Below, in pieces: positions 24,030 to 38,199 of a stretch of 64,000 nucleotides of DNA. Source of the stretch: Schmidtea polychroa (lineage: Eukaryota); NCBI GenBank assembly GCA_044892525.1, contig CM097885.1, forward strand, positions 194,246,001 through 194,310,000, written 5' to 3'. Every line of letters begins with the position of its first letter. The stretch's first letter is position 1. The notes beneath the pieces are model-generated. The model was not told the DNA's origin and made no database searches. It saw only the letters and a list, made by a program, of their open reading frames with translations. The translations under genes were made by a program, and so were the position numbers.

Positions 24030-25950
24030 GGTGGTGTATGGTAGTGCCAATTCACTGCATTTCAGTGGTTCTATTATGTTATGCAAAGTTGTTGTTGTAG
24101 CGCAAGATTTTCTACTATTCATCACGAGTAATAGAATTCCTATTGATCTTACGTCATCCTAGTATCTCTAATTGATGGACATTTTCTTTAATCACTAGAA
24201 TCTGTGGAAATTTATTTGGAAAAGAAATTTTATGCTTTCTACTCGCATCAGTCTAGATAAACGTGGATTTTTTGTAATAATTGTGGTCGACTCATATACT
24301 TCAGACCGTGATATTGTTATAATCATTGAAAATTGTATAGGTTCATATCGGTCTCGAAAATTGCTTTACACTGGCCAGTTCTCGATTTAATTCATGTGAC
24401 TGCTAATAGGAATATTTTCTAATGTTTATCATGATGTGTAAGCATTTCCTAAACTGGCGATCAAAGGTTTATGAAATCTCGTAATATCGGAAAAATCATC
24501 GTGGCATTTCATAGACATTATGCTTGCTCATGCTTATGGGCAATATCAGAAAATTCCTTTCTAATTACTCATCATTCGGGTAACTACCGTGTATCATAAA
24601 GTTGCTGATTTTCTGGAAAATTTTACATGGTCATCTCATTCACTGTGGATTCATTTTTCTTGGTTTCAATCAGAGAAGTATCAGTATTGTCATTGCTCTC
24701 TACATCCCAATCGAACTATTCTCCTTATCAAAACACTTTTTCTTCATAAAAATAATAGTATCCGATGGTTCGACTGATTAACAGTCTGCTGATTATCAGT
24801 CTCTTCGACCAATACTGGCAGACGTATCCCAAGCTGAAGGACGTCAGACAAAACAAAATCAATAAATACTAAGCGAATTTCATAATAAAAATAAATTGTA
24901 AAAATTTTGATTATCCTGTTATTATTATATATAAATTAATTTAATTTAGAGGAAGAGAAAACTCGTTTTATAAAATATTTAATTTTGACCATAATGTTGA
25001 GGATACCTAAATGAAAAATAACATAATAAATAAATAAATTACCTGGAAGAAGATCGTCATGACAAAGTGGACGATCTATGGGAACTCAGAAAAGAAAACA
25101 GAAGTAAAAAGAAATTAAAAATGATAAAGATAAATCAAATAAAAGAAAACAAACAAGAAATTAAAACAAAGGTCATTGTTAATTAAGAAGCACAAATGAA
25201 GGTGGAATTTCAAATTCCAGAAAAACAAAATAAAGAAAAAAGTCGTATCTTGACAGCCTGTCAAAGATAGCGAAATTGTCGGGAGAAGGCGGCTTAACAG
25301 AAAAGGAAAATGGGAAAATATCTTGACATCTGTCAGAGATAAGGCTGATGTAGAGGAACAGGAAAATGATAAACAGAATCTTTCGCCAGTGCCACAAACC
25401 AAACAACTATATAAAGGAAAACTGGTGGACGAGAAATCAGAACAAATTGAGAGCAAATTTAGAACAAATTTAGAACAGATTTAGAACAAAATTAGAACGA
25501 AAAGTAGAACGGAAACAGAAAGAAGTCGAGAGCAAAACGAAACGAAATTAGAGACAAAAAGTAGAGTAAAATTAGAGACGACACAGTAAAAAGGGGAATC
25601 AAAACAGAGTGAAAAGAGAAGTGACAAGAATCTTTTATAAAATTGAATATAAAGTAAAAGTGGAGTAAATAAATTGTGGGGTTAAAGCAAATGGAACAAT
25701 CGATCAACATATTCTGTAATTGAGTAGTTGACGGCTAGTGATTATTGTTGTGGTTACAGAAAGGGCTATTCTTCACGTAATGTCGAAATAAGCTCTGTGT
25801 GATAAATTGGTTTATAGTTAATTGGTTGTAATTGAAATTTGTACTATTACGTGTGGATATTAATAAAGCTTATTGTGTTCGAGAGTGTTGAATTGCGAAT
25901 TAATAAACACACATTGGAGCCAGATTAAAGGTTTGAATTTATAAATATTG
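24030..25950. mobile_element. Degenerate retroelement-like relic with an LTR-like right portion
   Basis: 24770-24975 shares motifs with 45215-45410; 25510-25930 shares motifs with 37480-37783; ~11-bp tandem repeat near 25441-25498; no recognisable protein motif. Confidence 0.35.
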
Positions 25951-28729
25951 TCACCAACTCAATAACCCAACAATAATATTACAATACAAATACTATAAAT
26001 AATTACCAGAAATAGCAAGCATACAAATAAAATTACATTATGTTCTAAATATCTGTTGCACCGGCTATGACTATGAGAGATTCGGGTGGTGCAGATAGCG
26101 TTTCCTCACTTATTGATTCATTTTGATCTGCTTCATCATTTAAACATGATTTTTTAACAATAAAAGTTTCGAAATTGTATTTTATCTTTTCATTTTGCTA
26201 GGCTATACGAACAATTAAAAAAACATTATTAACAAGTTAGATATTTAAACTTAAAGTTCCTTTTAAGCTTTAAATATTATATTATTAATTATTTTGTATG
26301 TAAGTAAAGCTCAATCGACAATTTTTATAATTAAATTTAAGCTCTACGCATCATTCATATCTTATTATCAAATAATACTTTCATTTGTTTTTATTATTTG
26401 AGGTTATTGGATATTGCATAGGGTATTTTAAATGAATAAAAAAAATTTGAATAAAGTTTAACAACCGGCTCGCAAACTTATAATATAATTAACAACCGGT
26501 TCGTGCGAGCCGGATCTAGCCGCCTTCAGCTCATCACTAATTACAAATATAAGTTGAGTGCTCTTTATCTAATTGTTTTACAGAACATGTGCAGTCAGAA
26601 ACACCAACGTTAATAATTATCTAAATAACAACTTAACATTACTATAAACATTAAAATTATCTACATTATTATAGCCAATATTGTCATCAATTTCAAAATT
26701 ACCTAATAAATAGCTTTAATCATTGCCTCCAACGATCGAACTTGGTCGTTTGAGTATTGTATATCTTCATATGTATAGTCCATTCACTTGCATAGTTTAA
26801 GGAGCCGCTGTCATTATTAATTTCGATTACTGCTACTTCTTTCCTATTGTTCTCTTTGCGTTGTTGAAACCTATTTGTTTTATTAAGATAAAAAACATTT
26901 TTGCCTTCGGTCGACCTCGTTTATTTTTTTCGTCTTTCGAAATTAGTGCAACACTCAGCTTCTTTGTGTCTACATATATTGCATCTTCTGCACGGTATGT
27001 TTGGACAATCTCTTCGTATGTATCCATAAACTCCACACCCAACACTCCCGGCTTATATGGCCTGTTTTTAAACATGACCAACATTCTATTTTCCTTTTAG
27101 AAATATCCCAAAGTCTTTATATCTGATTTCTTTGAATTTATGGAGCTTTTCAAACGGCATCACTGTAACTTTTATTAGGATTGATGTATACTGTTGCTCT
27201 TATTACATTGATGTGTCCATGACTTTATTTACTTTTTAACTTTTTTGATTATTGATTTTATTTCTTCTGAAGTTTTTAATTATTTCATTTCTATTTCTTT
27301 TTTAACTTCCTTATATCGTGATTCATTCATAAATAGACATTTTTTACTTCTTTATTCCATTTGTGAGCTAATTAGTTCTTTGTAAATTTTTCTACTTTTT
27401 CTATGAAACGATCAACAGAGTCTGAACCTTGTTCATAACTTAATACTTCTTTCAAATCTTCAAACAAGGATTTGAGTTTTTCAAAAGCATATCTAAGCTT
27501 TTCTTCAAATGTTTTCCCACCTGGATGTTTGTAATCTTCTTATACAGATTTATTAAACAGTATGGTTACTAAAATTAACTGCATTTTAAATGGCGTTTTT
27601 GTAAACAGAATAAATTCAGGCATTTTTTTATGAAGTCTTCAATATCATCGCCTTTGTGAAATCTTTCTGGAATCATTCTTCCTGTCAATAAACTAGTAAG
27701 CGTGGTCCCGATGTTAGCATCGCCGTACTATCGGAACTACAACAAGTGCAATCGCAGTGGGCCCCAAATATTAAATACAATAGAAAAACTTCTCCAATAG
27801 CATAAAAATATCACAAATAGAAAGATAAAAACAAAGATGAAAATTTAAAATTCGTTTAATTTTCAAACAAATCTAGTTGAAAATGAAACAGTCAGAACAA
27901 TTGATTCCAATGATATAATTTATGAGTAATTATTAATTAATTAATTAATATTGAAGCTATTCAAGCTATAGATAGACGGGTGGAATCGACCTGGTTTTGT
28001 CCGGATTACTTAAAGCTACACCAAAAAAAGATTTAACAGCACTAAAAACTGTTGGCGGAAGACAAATGGATGATGTTTTTGTGTTCTTTATTAATTGTTA
28101 TAATTGTATAATATTATTACCATAAAAATTAATCAATACCAGACTTTTAACCAAAGCAGAAACGACAAAAACAGTGTTTTTTAAGTACATGTAGTGGGCA
28201 TAGGCGACATGTGTTTCGAAACGACATAGCCTATTGAACTATAACTATATACAATGTTATCACACGTTATTGTGTTTATAACTAACAGAACTGAGATATT
28301 TTTATATTTCAATAATAGATTTCTGTCGCTGGGCTGAAACAATACATAAAAATAATTTCACATTGTGGTATAGAATCATAGACAGTAGGTGCGATTCGCA
28401 TCTCCCTCCCATTGAAGCAAATGATTCTAACCAATAATTACCAACCCAGACTGCAAATTTTACCAAGTAATTCTTTCAGTAAAATCTTTTTCACAATTAC
28501 TCGACGATTTTCAATAATTTTTCGCGTCACTTTCATAAAACTAAAAATCAATAAATTGAAACTTTTAAAAAATTATTGATTTTATGAAAAATTTAGTATA
28601 AAAATAACAAATCAAAAAATAAAAAGTCAAATGAATGAAATATATTACCAAAAAATTTAATTGCATTTGTCAATCTTAGGATAATGAAACAGCTGAAATA
28701 ATTGGAAAATTTTTAATTATTTAATTTTA

Positions 28730-31700
28730 TTATGAAGCATATTTCAAAGGCATCATCTTTTCCAGTTGGATTTCCAAGGAAATTCGCTGCTGTTGAAGTT
28801 GCTTTAAATTCCGGCTCATTTCCTGATTTAATGCCCCTAGTGAATCGCATTGCATTTTTGTGGTACTAATTAAATAATTATAGGCTTCTTTACGGTCATC
28901 GCTGGAAATAGTTTTTATTGAAACCAAATATACAAAACTACATCACTGACCTATCCAAAATAGAATTCAAAGACATAACTATGGCAACAGGTGATTGCTG
29001 AAAATATAAACATTTTGTATTTTTATTAAAAAAAAACTTCAGTTCGAGTGAATTCAGGCCAAATGCAAACCTATTTATATTTGTGACTTCAAAGATTCAT
29101 ATAAAAACAAATATTAAGCAATATAAAATATAACTTCTCAGTAAACGCAGAATTCTGTTGTGAAATGCTTCCATGAAATAGTCTGAGAAGTCTATTCTTA
29201 CATTTTTAAAACATTTTTGTATTTTTGCCCATTAAAATATTCTGGGATTTAGAATTTGGCCGCCCTTATCGCCATCTTGATAGAGCTATGTATGACTAAA
29301 CTAATCCCTTAAAGGTTCCCCTCATGGGCGTCCGTAAGAGGGGGCACTTTTTTTCCAAAACCATTCTATTTTTCGATTAATTTAAAAATAAAAAATTAAA
29401 TTTAAAGAGGCTTTTTGTTTGTTTCTAATGTTAAACACTGTTTTTTATTTATTTCACTCAAATATTGATTTATAAATTCTATTTTCGATTAATTTAAGAA
29501 AAAAAATTAATAAAAAAATTTAATTTAAAGAGGCTTTTTGTTTGTTTCTAATGTTAAACACTGTTTTTTATTTATTTCACACAAATATTGATTTATAAAT
29601 TCTATTTTCGATTAATTTAAGGGAAAAAAATTAATAAAAAAATTTAATTTAAAGAGGCTTTTTGTTTGTTTCTAATGTTAAACACTGTTTTTTATTTATT
29701 TCACTCAAATATTGATTTATAAATTCTATTTTCGATTAATTTACGAAAAAAAATTAATAAAAAAATTTAATTTAAAGAGGCTTTTTGTTTGTTTCTAATG
29801 TTAAACACTGTTTTTTCATTTATTTCACTCAAATATTGATTTATAAATACATTGATTAATAATAAAATAAATTATTAAAATTAGTTATTAATTTATATTT
29901 TAATTTGTTGTTTTATTTAAGTAATCTATATCTATACTTTGTAATTTAAATCAAGTTTAATCAGTGTTTCGATAGAAGTTAGTTTATCATTAGTTTATTT
30001 TATATTAATTATAAAATGAGCGAAGTCTATAATTATAATTTTGATTTCAAGGATGTAAATGATTTTTAATTAATAAATGAAATTTTCGATTGATATAATA
30101 TCTATTATAACGATCTTTTTAAATTGTTAAAATTCCTCTTTACACCGGGAAGTGTTAATATGGCACTAAAAATTTGTATCCGATTTCGTTTTGCTGATAA
30201 ATGGTTAAGATTTTTGAGGTTTTATGAAATCTTGCGTTGTCCATTATTAAAACTTTGTTTGCATTACATGTGAATTATGGAACAAGATGATTTAAAATAA
30301 ATTCTTTAAATGAAGTAGAATTATACGCGCCCAACTTATATTCTTAATATATTAAACCATCAATTTCAATTGCACAAATTAGACTATTGTTTATTCCCTT
30401 ATTTGCAGGTATGATTTACTGGTGAATATACCTTCTTTGAGTATGTAAACTAAATCCAGTTTCATCAAGGCAAATCAAATTGCCATCAGAAATTCTGGAA
30501 ACTTCGTTTGTATATATTGCTCTTGCATTAATATTAGCTAAAGAGTTACGCTCAATCGGAATTAAGGAAAGCCTTTTTCTTGTCCATGATTGTTTTTTAA
30601 GTTTTCTAGACACTCGAGACTGAGAAATTTGAATGTTACAATTTTCATTGACCGCTTGTATTAATTCTCGTTGGTTAATTGCATTGTTACATGATATTTT
30701 ATTAAATATAACCTGCTCAATTTCAGTATTTATAGAATTACGAATTCTACATGAGTTCTTCCTTTTTTCTCCAGCATCTTCAAAATTTACTCCGTTTTGC
30801 TTGCTTTTTAATATTTCATTACGTTCTGACTGTGTAACTGCATTGTTTCAGAATTTTTTTTATTGTACAATGTTCGTCTTCGGCCATTTTTAACACAATA
30901 TTGTAAATTTCTCTTGTAATGTTTGTAATGAAATCCATGTGTTAAAGGTTTTTCAGTTTTACATAAAAGTTATTGTTCTCAATATAAATCTTTTTCCATA
31001 TAGATGTTGAGGTAATAAAAGAATCAAATAAATTAATAGAAATTATATTTATTAGAATTGAATTGTTTTTATAATTAAATGGAGAGATGTGAAAATTTGG
31101 TTAGGGATAGAATCGATTGGGTAAAGAAATAAAAAAAGAACAGGTGTGAGAAAGTGTATTATAATAGGTGAAAAGTACAAAAAAAAATTTTATTTTTGTT
31201 ATATTGTCAAATCAAAACATAATTATAATTTTGTTTCTTACCTTTTTAGAAATGGATATACGAAAGTATTTAAAAAGGCAACAAACTGAAGACACGACGA
31301 CAGAATTAGATTTACCTGTTACTAAGAAAAGCAAAATTGAAGACAATTCAAGCAAAATTGAGGACAACTTGCAGGATCAATCTCCAATAAAGACAAATAT
31401 TTGCCCAAATACAAATGAAACAAGGCTCTGTTCACAAGAAAATGATATCGGTGTATACATTAATTTATCAAATAATATTAAAAATGATCTCAAATTCAAC
31501 CTCCTGACAGTCGATACAAAAATACCAACAGAAAGCTATGATTTCAAAAAAGATTCAAAAGGAAAGCGTTGTTTCCGCTATGCTTGGTTAAGTTATTCAG
31601 TTAGTTTAAAAGGAGCAGTTTGCACATTTTGCATACTTTTTCCCCAGCCAGTAAATCGTGGTTTTCAAGGTGCATTCATCACAGGACCTTTTACAAAATT

Positions 31701-34700
31701 CAAAGATTTTCATGAAAGTGCCAAAGTCATCAATCAAGTGCATGGCATAAAAATCCATTGGCTTGTGCTGCAAAGTTCTTACAATTAAGGGAAAAGCCAG
31801 AATTGAACATTGTTGGTCTAAAGCGCCAAGTAGATAATAGAAAAAATTTGGATCCGATTTTATCAACTGACTTAGCACTTAGAGGGAAAACAAGTGCGAG
31901 TGCAAATGTGCAAAGCCTCTACGATTTCAGGATTGAAGCTGGAGGTGAAGTACTCAATAATCATTTGGTAACTTCACCAGCCAATGCAAGCATGCAGCCA
32001 ATCTGTGCGCATAGAACATGAGCTAATTAAGTTGACTGAAAAAGCCATAATGGAAGAAATTGTTTCAATGACCAATAAATCCACTGGATTTTCAATCATT
32101 GGAAATGAGAGTGCTGACATCTGGAAAGGAACAAATTTCCATAGGAGTTCGTTTTGTGAATTCTAGCAGCACAGAAACTGTTCTAAGAATTCCTTAGATT
32201 TGTAAAACTGGATCATTTTGATAAAATCATTGATCAGTGCTTAAGATTTAAATTAAACCTTGACAAAATGTATGGTCAAGGCTATGATGGCTGCTCTACA
32301 ATGGCTGGCAAAGAAGGTGACGTTCTGCCAAAAATTAGGAGCAAATGTCCTAAAGCTGTTTTGTGCATTGTGCATCACATCGACTTAATCTTGTGATCAA
32401 TGATCTCAATGTACCAGATGTTAGGAATGCAATCGGAACAATTAAGAACATTATTAGATTTTGTCGAGAAAGCCCAAAGAGAAGAAGTCTGATTCCAACT
32501 GTTCCCTTGCTTTGCAAAACACGTTGGTTTGAAAAAAAAAGTATCAGAATTTTTGTTGCAAGTTTTGAAGACATTTTTGATCAGCTGAGTTCACTGGCCA
32601 TCGAAGCAAATGGTAAAACACGACAGAATGCCCACCAGTTACAGTGTGCTTCAAGTACAAGTTTTCTAATTTGTCTTCAAATCATCACTTACTACTCCTC
32701 AAAATTAGAGTCAGTAGCACAAGCCCTACAATCAACACAATTAGACATTCTGAAAGTTTTTGACCACGTCCAAGAGCTCCTAAAAATCTTCCACACTCAT
32801 AGACAAAATGCCGAAGAGTTTTTTAAGACAATTATTTCTCAAAGTGAGAAATTGGCAGAACAATGTAAAAGGCAAACACACCGTTCAAATAATGGTGGTT
32901 CAACTGTTGAAGAATACTTTCGAAGATCTGTCTTTATACCATACTTGGATTCAATCATCTCATCGCTGGAGAGCAGATTCAATGACAATAACAAAATCAA
33001 TTTTAGTCTATTTTCACTTCACCCAGTGGAAATGTTGAAACTTTCAAAAGATGAATTCAAAACTCACACAGAAAACATCATAATGGAGTATCAAATTGAA
33101 AACTTTGATGCTGAGGCAAGCACTTGGTTTGAAATGTGGTCAAATAAAAAGTCGGATTTTGAAATCAAAAGTTGCAATGGAATGATGGATTTATTACAAT
33201 TCACAGACCTTTGAAAGCAGTTCTTATTGCTTTAACATTGCCAAGATCATTTAGCACACTGAGAAGAGTCAAAACGTGGCTAAGGTCAACAATGTGTGAA
33301 AATAGACTTTGTGGACTTTGAATGAAGAGTGTTCATCGTGACAGAATCAATGACAATAAAAAAAAGCTAAAAGTAATGGACAAAGTGATCAATAAATTTG
33401 TCAAGATCACAGACGTTTGCAGTTTCTTTTCAAAAAATAATATTTATGAAAAAGTTTGTAATTTTGTTTTATAATTGAATAAATATTTATGGAAAATATA
33501 CGAAAAAGAAGTTTTTTATGTTTTTTAACTCTGTTTATTCCTAAAACCACATTAATGTTTCAATTATAAAAATGACTTTAATTGATGTACTATTATTAAT
33601 CTGATTATATATAGGAACAATTTTTTTTCGTAAATGAGCATAACAAGAATAACAAGGACATGTTCTTTCAATACCCGGCTCTTTCAATATCCAAGATTGC
33701 TTATTTACTTATTTTTAGGCTAATCTCAGTAAACTTCCTCATATTGAATAAGGACATGTTCTAATGTTCTTTCAATACCCGACTCTTTCAATATCCAAGG
33801 CTCTTTTAATGTCAAGATTGCTTATTTACTTATTTTAGGCTAATCTCAGTAAACTTCCTCATATTGAATAAGGACATGTTCTAATGTTCTTTCAATATCC
33901 AAGGCTCTTTCAATATCCAAGGCTCTTTCAATATCCAAGGCTCTTTCAATATCCAAGGCTCTTTCAATATCCAAGATTGAAACTTCTCATATTGAATAAG
34001 GAATGTTCTAATGTTCTTTCAATATTCAAGATCTTTATCTGCTGTTTCCAACACATTGATAACTCATCACAAATTACCTTAACCTTCCTAAGGAAGACCA
34101 CTTAGGGTAAATTTGTACCCCAATGCTTGTTCACTGTGATATTGCTAGTTTAAAGGTTTTAAATAATTTTAACGTATAAAAATAAAATAAAAATATGACA
34201 GAAACAAGTGTTTACAAAATGGACATCACTTATATTCCTGCATATAGTAACACATTACTAATCACAAGTTTTACATATTATAATGCTAGTGGAATGTTCT
34301 GTACACACAAACACTGAACTCGTTGAATAAAGGAATAAAGTACTAGAGAAATTAGTAAGAAGTAAAGAATTCAAACGCCAATCTGAAATGTGAAATAATC
34401 GTAAGAGAAATGATGAGGAGTCAATTGAAACTGTAAGAAACAAAAACTAGGGTAAATATCAAAATAATGAAGAAATGAATTTATTAGTTTCCTTTGTACT
34501 TTACTAGTTTATTTCAGCTCTATTAATCTCCTTTGTATCCAATTAACGTATATTACCAAATAGTATCACTACACCTAATAGTATCATTAATACTACACCA
34601 TAACTAAATTCATTTATATTTAGTGATACTATTTAAATAATATCACCATATTAAAACATTGAAATAAATGAATGGAAGAATTCAGAGTCTGTTGAGTATG

Positions 34701-36623
34701 CAAGAAATGGGAATCCAAAACCACCAACATTTTCATTGGTCAATTCGTGGGTTAGGGAATCTTGGGATGATATGAAAATCGAAACTCTTAAAAATTCAAT
34801 AACAGCAGCAGGTTTTAGCGAAAATTATGAGGATTGGCATATTGCCAAACACGATGTATATGGAGTGGAGTTCTGTAAGGCGTGGATTTCTTCAAACACC
34901 GAATCCCGATTAAATAACGAGTCTATACTTGATGAAAATGATTATTATGAGGACGTTGAGTATTTGGATGATGATGATGAATAAATTTTTGATAATTATC
35001 TAAACTTATTTTTTATTAAAATGACCAAAGCAGTGAATAATATCACTATACTAACTCTAATATCTAATATATTTTTTTTTGATGATATTATTTTTATAGT
35101 ATCACTGATACTATTCGGTGATATCCGTTAGTTTCCCTCAATCTTTATTGGTTTTACTGTTTAACCTTGCACCTTATCCAGCAATTTCCAGCATGTCATT
35201 CATATTATGAAATAAATTTCCCTAATCACTTTGCTAACCACTGAATCGCACAGTGCGAGATTAGCAATTAATGCGCCGAATTCCATCGAATGAATTATAT
35301 AATCGATTATATAACAATAAATTACCGAGAAATCTATACCAAATGCGGATTTATTGATATGATAAGTTTTGTCCAACAGCGGCTCATTTGGCGGCGCGTC
35401 CTCCTCGAATGCTGAATAGGAATCTAGAATGCTTTGTCGGTGAGAGATCAACTCATGGAAATTACTCACTGGAATTCTCAATCGGTTTTAGTGACCATCG
35501 ATGTCTTGGTGGTACTGGTGGCGTTTGCATAACTATATCCGGTTCTATATTAATTATTATTGGCATTTCTATTGGATGACAATGAGTCTACCGAGTTTTG
35601 TGTCGATATTTCCGTCCGGATTATCCGATTGATGAGTCACTTCCATATTCGATGATTCGCCTTCAATTATCAATTTCTTCGGGCCCTCTGGTTTAGCAAT
35701 TACTGATAAGACGTTTTCATTGCTGTGGATGGCAGGTTTAAAAGGCACGGGGTATGTGATCTATTCCACGCATTAATTCATTACATTCACCACTTAAAAC
35801 TAGCTTTATCTCCTTCAGGAGGTTTACTGTCAAATGCTGTCATGCCTTCCGTTAATGATAGCGCATCACTCTTTAAGCTAGAATCCGATGGCAATCTTCT
35901 CAACAATTTCGAATGGCCGGACTTTTTTAAAGTGGAATTTTGTTTTTCATCTTTTTGAATTGAATTCACAAATTCAACTTCTTCAATCAATTGAAAATAA
36001 TTTATTAATTTATATGAAATTATTAACGAACCATTAAATGAAACTAAATTCATATAAGGAATTAACTCTGGTGGTAAAACTCTTGGGATTATTAAACCGT
36101 TTTTTTTCAAAACCACTAAATGCATTGCGACACAAAATTCTCCCAATTTTAAACACCCATCTTTATCTTGATCAGCCAATTCCCTGAAAATTTTAAGTAA
36201 CGATGATATCAATTAACTTATTTATTAATACAGTAAGTTTGTTAATTAAGTCAATATTTTTTAAATTATTTTTCAACAAACCATATATTTCTCAAATCTT
36301 CAATGCTAAGTTTAGATAATTCAAAAAATTCTTTTGCAACTGAACCAGGTAATTTATAACAATTTGGAGGAATAATTTTTTTGAATTGTTGAACATAATA
36401 ACACTTCTGCTCATTAGTCATCTGCCAATTAATACTCGCACTATCCATATCATAGTATTCTGTAATGTTTTCCTATGGAGATAAATTTTTGCTTTTAAAA
36501 TAGATTAAACAAAAAGTCAAACTTTGTATCTTTCATCTAAAAGTAATAAAATAAAAAAGTTACAATAAAATCTGTAATATTTAGTTTACCTTCTTGATTA
36601 GTAAATATAGTCCAATTATTCAT
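28730..36623 (-). CDS. REPS1: RalBP1-associated EH-domain protein (REPS1/2-like), multi-exon; central exons only partly resolved
   Basis: Predicted exons 36623-36590, 36459-36282, 36183-~35805, 35760 onward, 28997-28951, 28901-28730 with GT-AG introns of 130, 98 and 49 nt; EH domain [57 protein letters not shown] motif; C-terminal QRISLEIQLEKMMP matches the REPS coiled-coil end. Confidence 0.85.
29363..29847. repeat. Tandem array of four ~123-bp units
   Basis: TAAAGAGGCTTTTTGTTTG recurs at 29403, 29526, 29650, 29773. Confidence 0.9.
30300..30890 (-). pseudogene. IS630/Tc1-like transposase fragment (HTH through first catalytic Asp)
   Basis: SRKLKKQSWTRKRLSLIPIERN..LICLDETGF. Confidence 0.75.
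31252..33440 (+). pseudogene. hAT transposase (ZMYM1/PRKRIR-like), multiply frameshifted, inside a REPS intron
   Basis: YSVSLKGAVCTFCILF zinc finger; SIIGNESAD; GQGYDGCSTMAG; HCASHRLNLVI; LCKTRW; degenerate RSFSTLRRVKTWLRSTM. Confidence 0.85.
33654..34030. repeat. Compound tandem repeat: ~96-128-bp units containing variable numbers of an 18-bp subunit
   Basis: AAGGACATGTTCT at 33654, 33750, 33870; five consecutive TCTTTCAATATCCAAG(G/A) subunits from ~33886. Confidence 0.9.
34560..35125 (+). mobile_element. pogo-like non-autonomous relic (C-terminal DDE-region remnant)
   Basis: PKPPTFSLVNSWVRESWDDMKIETLKNSITAAGF; repeated TAGTATCA(C/T)T motifs at both ends, including the palindrome ATAGTATCA-C-TGATACTAT near 35096. 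Confidence 0.55.
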
Positions 36624-37469
36624 TAAATTTTATTAAAGTTTTAAAAAATAATAATTAATTTGAAAATAATAATTTTAAATTTTTAAACACTAAACAATAT
36701 ATTTAATAGGAAGCAATATTAAAACAATTTTAAAAATGAACTGAAAATTAACAATGATTAGTTACAATTTTTAATTTTTAACTCTAGTGTATTCATTTAA
36801 ATCTAGTGTTATTCTCGTCGATGTAAATAACTTGAGATAGCCCGACGTATCGAGATTTGATATGAATTGTGTCTCAAGTTTGAACACATACATATTTGCA
36901 TGAACAGATCGAAGGAATTATATCTTATTTGGTAGTTGTAAATTCTAAAGGCTCGAATAAGGAACCTATAGCTTCAAAAAAAAGTGTTATATATTGAATT
37001 TATTGTATTTCACTAACTATAAAAGGTATGTATATTGTTAGCGCTTATGGAGCGTGTTTTTGAATTTTCTATAATCACTATTTAATTTATCACCAACTCT
37101 TTTCTAAGCGTCTTCATGATCCTTGGCAACTATCATATTGACAATGTATACAGTGACTAAAATTCATTAAGCAGTTGAGGTCCATTACTAGAACTGCTTT
37201 TAATTGCATTTTAACTTTTGGAATCATGACTAATTTTAATCCCTTTAGACCTATTTTTTATTAATGCAGATAAATAAAATACTGTAAATCAAATTTTGGA
37301 TTGACGACCCATAGTCAAGTCAAATAACTTGGACAATAAATTTGATTAAAATTATTAAAATTGATTAAATGATATTCCTGCAGTTTCCTATAATAAAAGT
37401 AAAATATAATGTATTATGTAAAATACCCTATTACTTTTACCCTACGAGAAAATAATTAGTCATTTTGAT

Positions 37470-37783
37470 ATACAGCGTTACAGAAACAGAAAGCAAAGAG
37501 AAATTAAAGGAACTCGCCGAGTGATATAAATAAATCGAGTGAGTTCGTTTAAACGAGTAGTTTGGCAGTTATTGATTTGATTACTACCCACGGTGTATTG
37601 TAATAAGTTAGGAGCTAGAATCTTGAGTGGTGAATCCTTTGTGGATTTGTGTCAGAAGAAATAAAATCGATTGTAATTGTGATATTCATTAAATATTGAT
37701 AATACAGGGTTTTGATTCTTGTTCATATTTGGAGTCACACTTGGAGTCAGATTAGAAGTTATTTATTTCAAATTTCACTGACA
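37470..37783. mobile_element. Possible solo-LTR remnant
   Basis: Ends in TGACA; shares GAAACAGAAAG and TTGGAG(T/C)CAGATTA with 25510-25930; TSD not found. Confidence 0.3.
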
Positions 37784-38199
37784 ATATCCCAACAGATTGT
37801 TCAAACATGATTAATTTGTCAGTTAATCTGGCACAAATTTTGGTATTCCCTCTATTTACTAAACAACAGTAATCGATAGATATTCCACTATTCAGTTAAA
37901 TGGGATTTTAAATTATGTGTAATTATTAATTATTTTTATTTATTATTAATTTTCTTTTTTATTATTATTTTATATATTTTTTAATATTCATAACACATAC
38001 ATAATTATATACCACAATTATTATTTAAAACTAGAGCAATAGCAACAACAAAACCAATATATGAGTATGTATTTATTAACTCAATTTGACAACATCAATA
38101 ATAATCACAAGTATGTCAATGATTTGATGAACAGTTGGATTATTATTCTATAAATTTACCACAATCCTCTTTCATTTAATAACTATATGCCAGACTTTC

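Noticed and set aside
26833-27084. ORF with an AT-hook-like RGRPK
   Set aside because: Probably a decayed transposase tail, but too short to assign to a family.
27690-27780. Helitron 3' end on the minus strand (short hairpin then CTAG)
   Set aside because: The stem is only 5-6 bp, and no matching 5' TC end or Rep/helicase sequence was found.
29363-34030. CRISPR-like arrays
   Set aside because: The repeats are contiguous tandem units with no unique spacers, there are no cas genes, and the context is eukaryotic.
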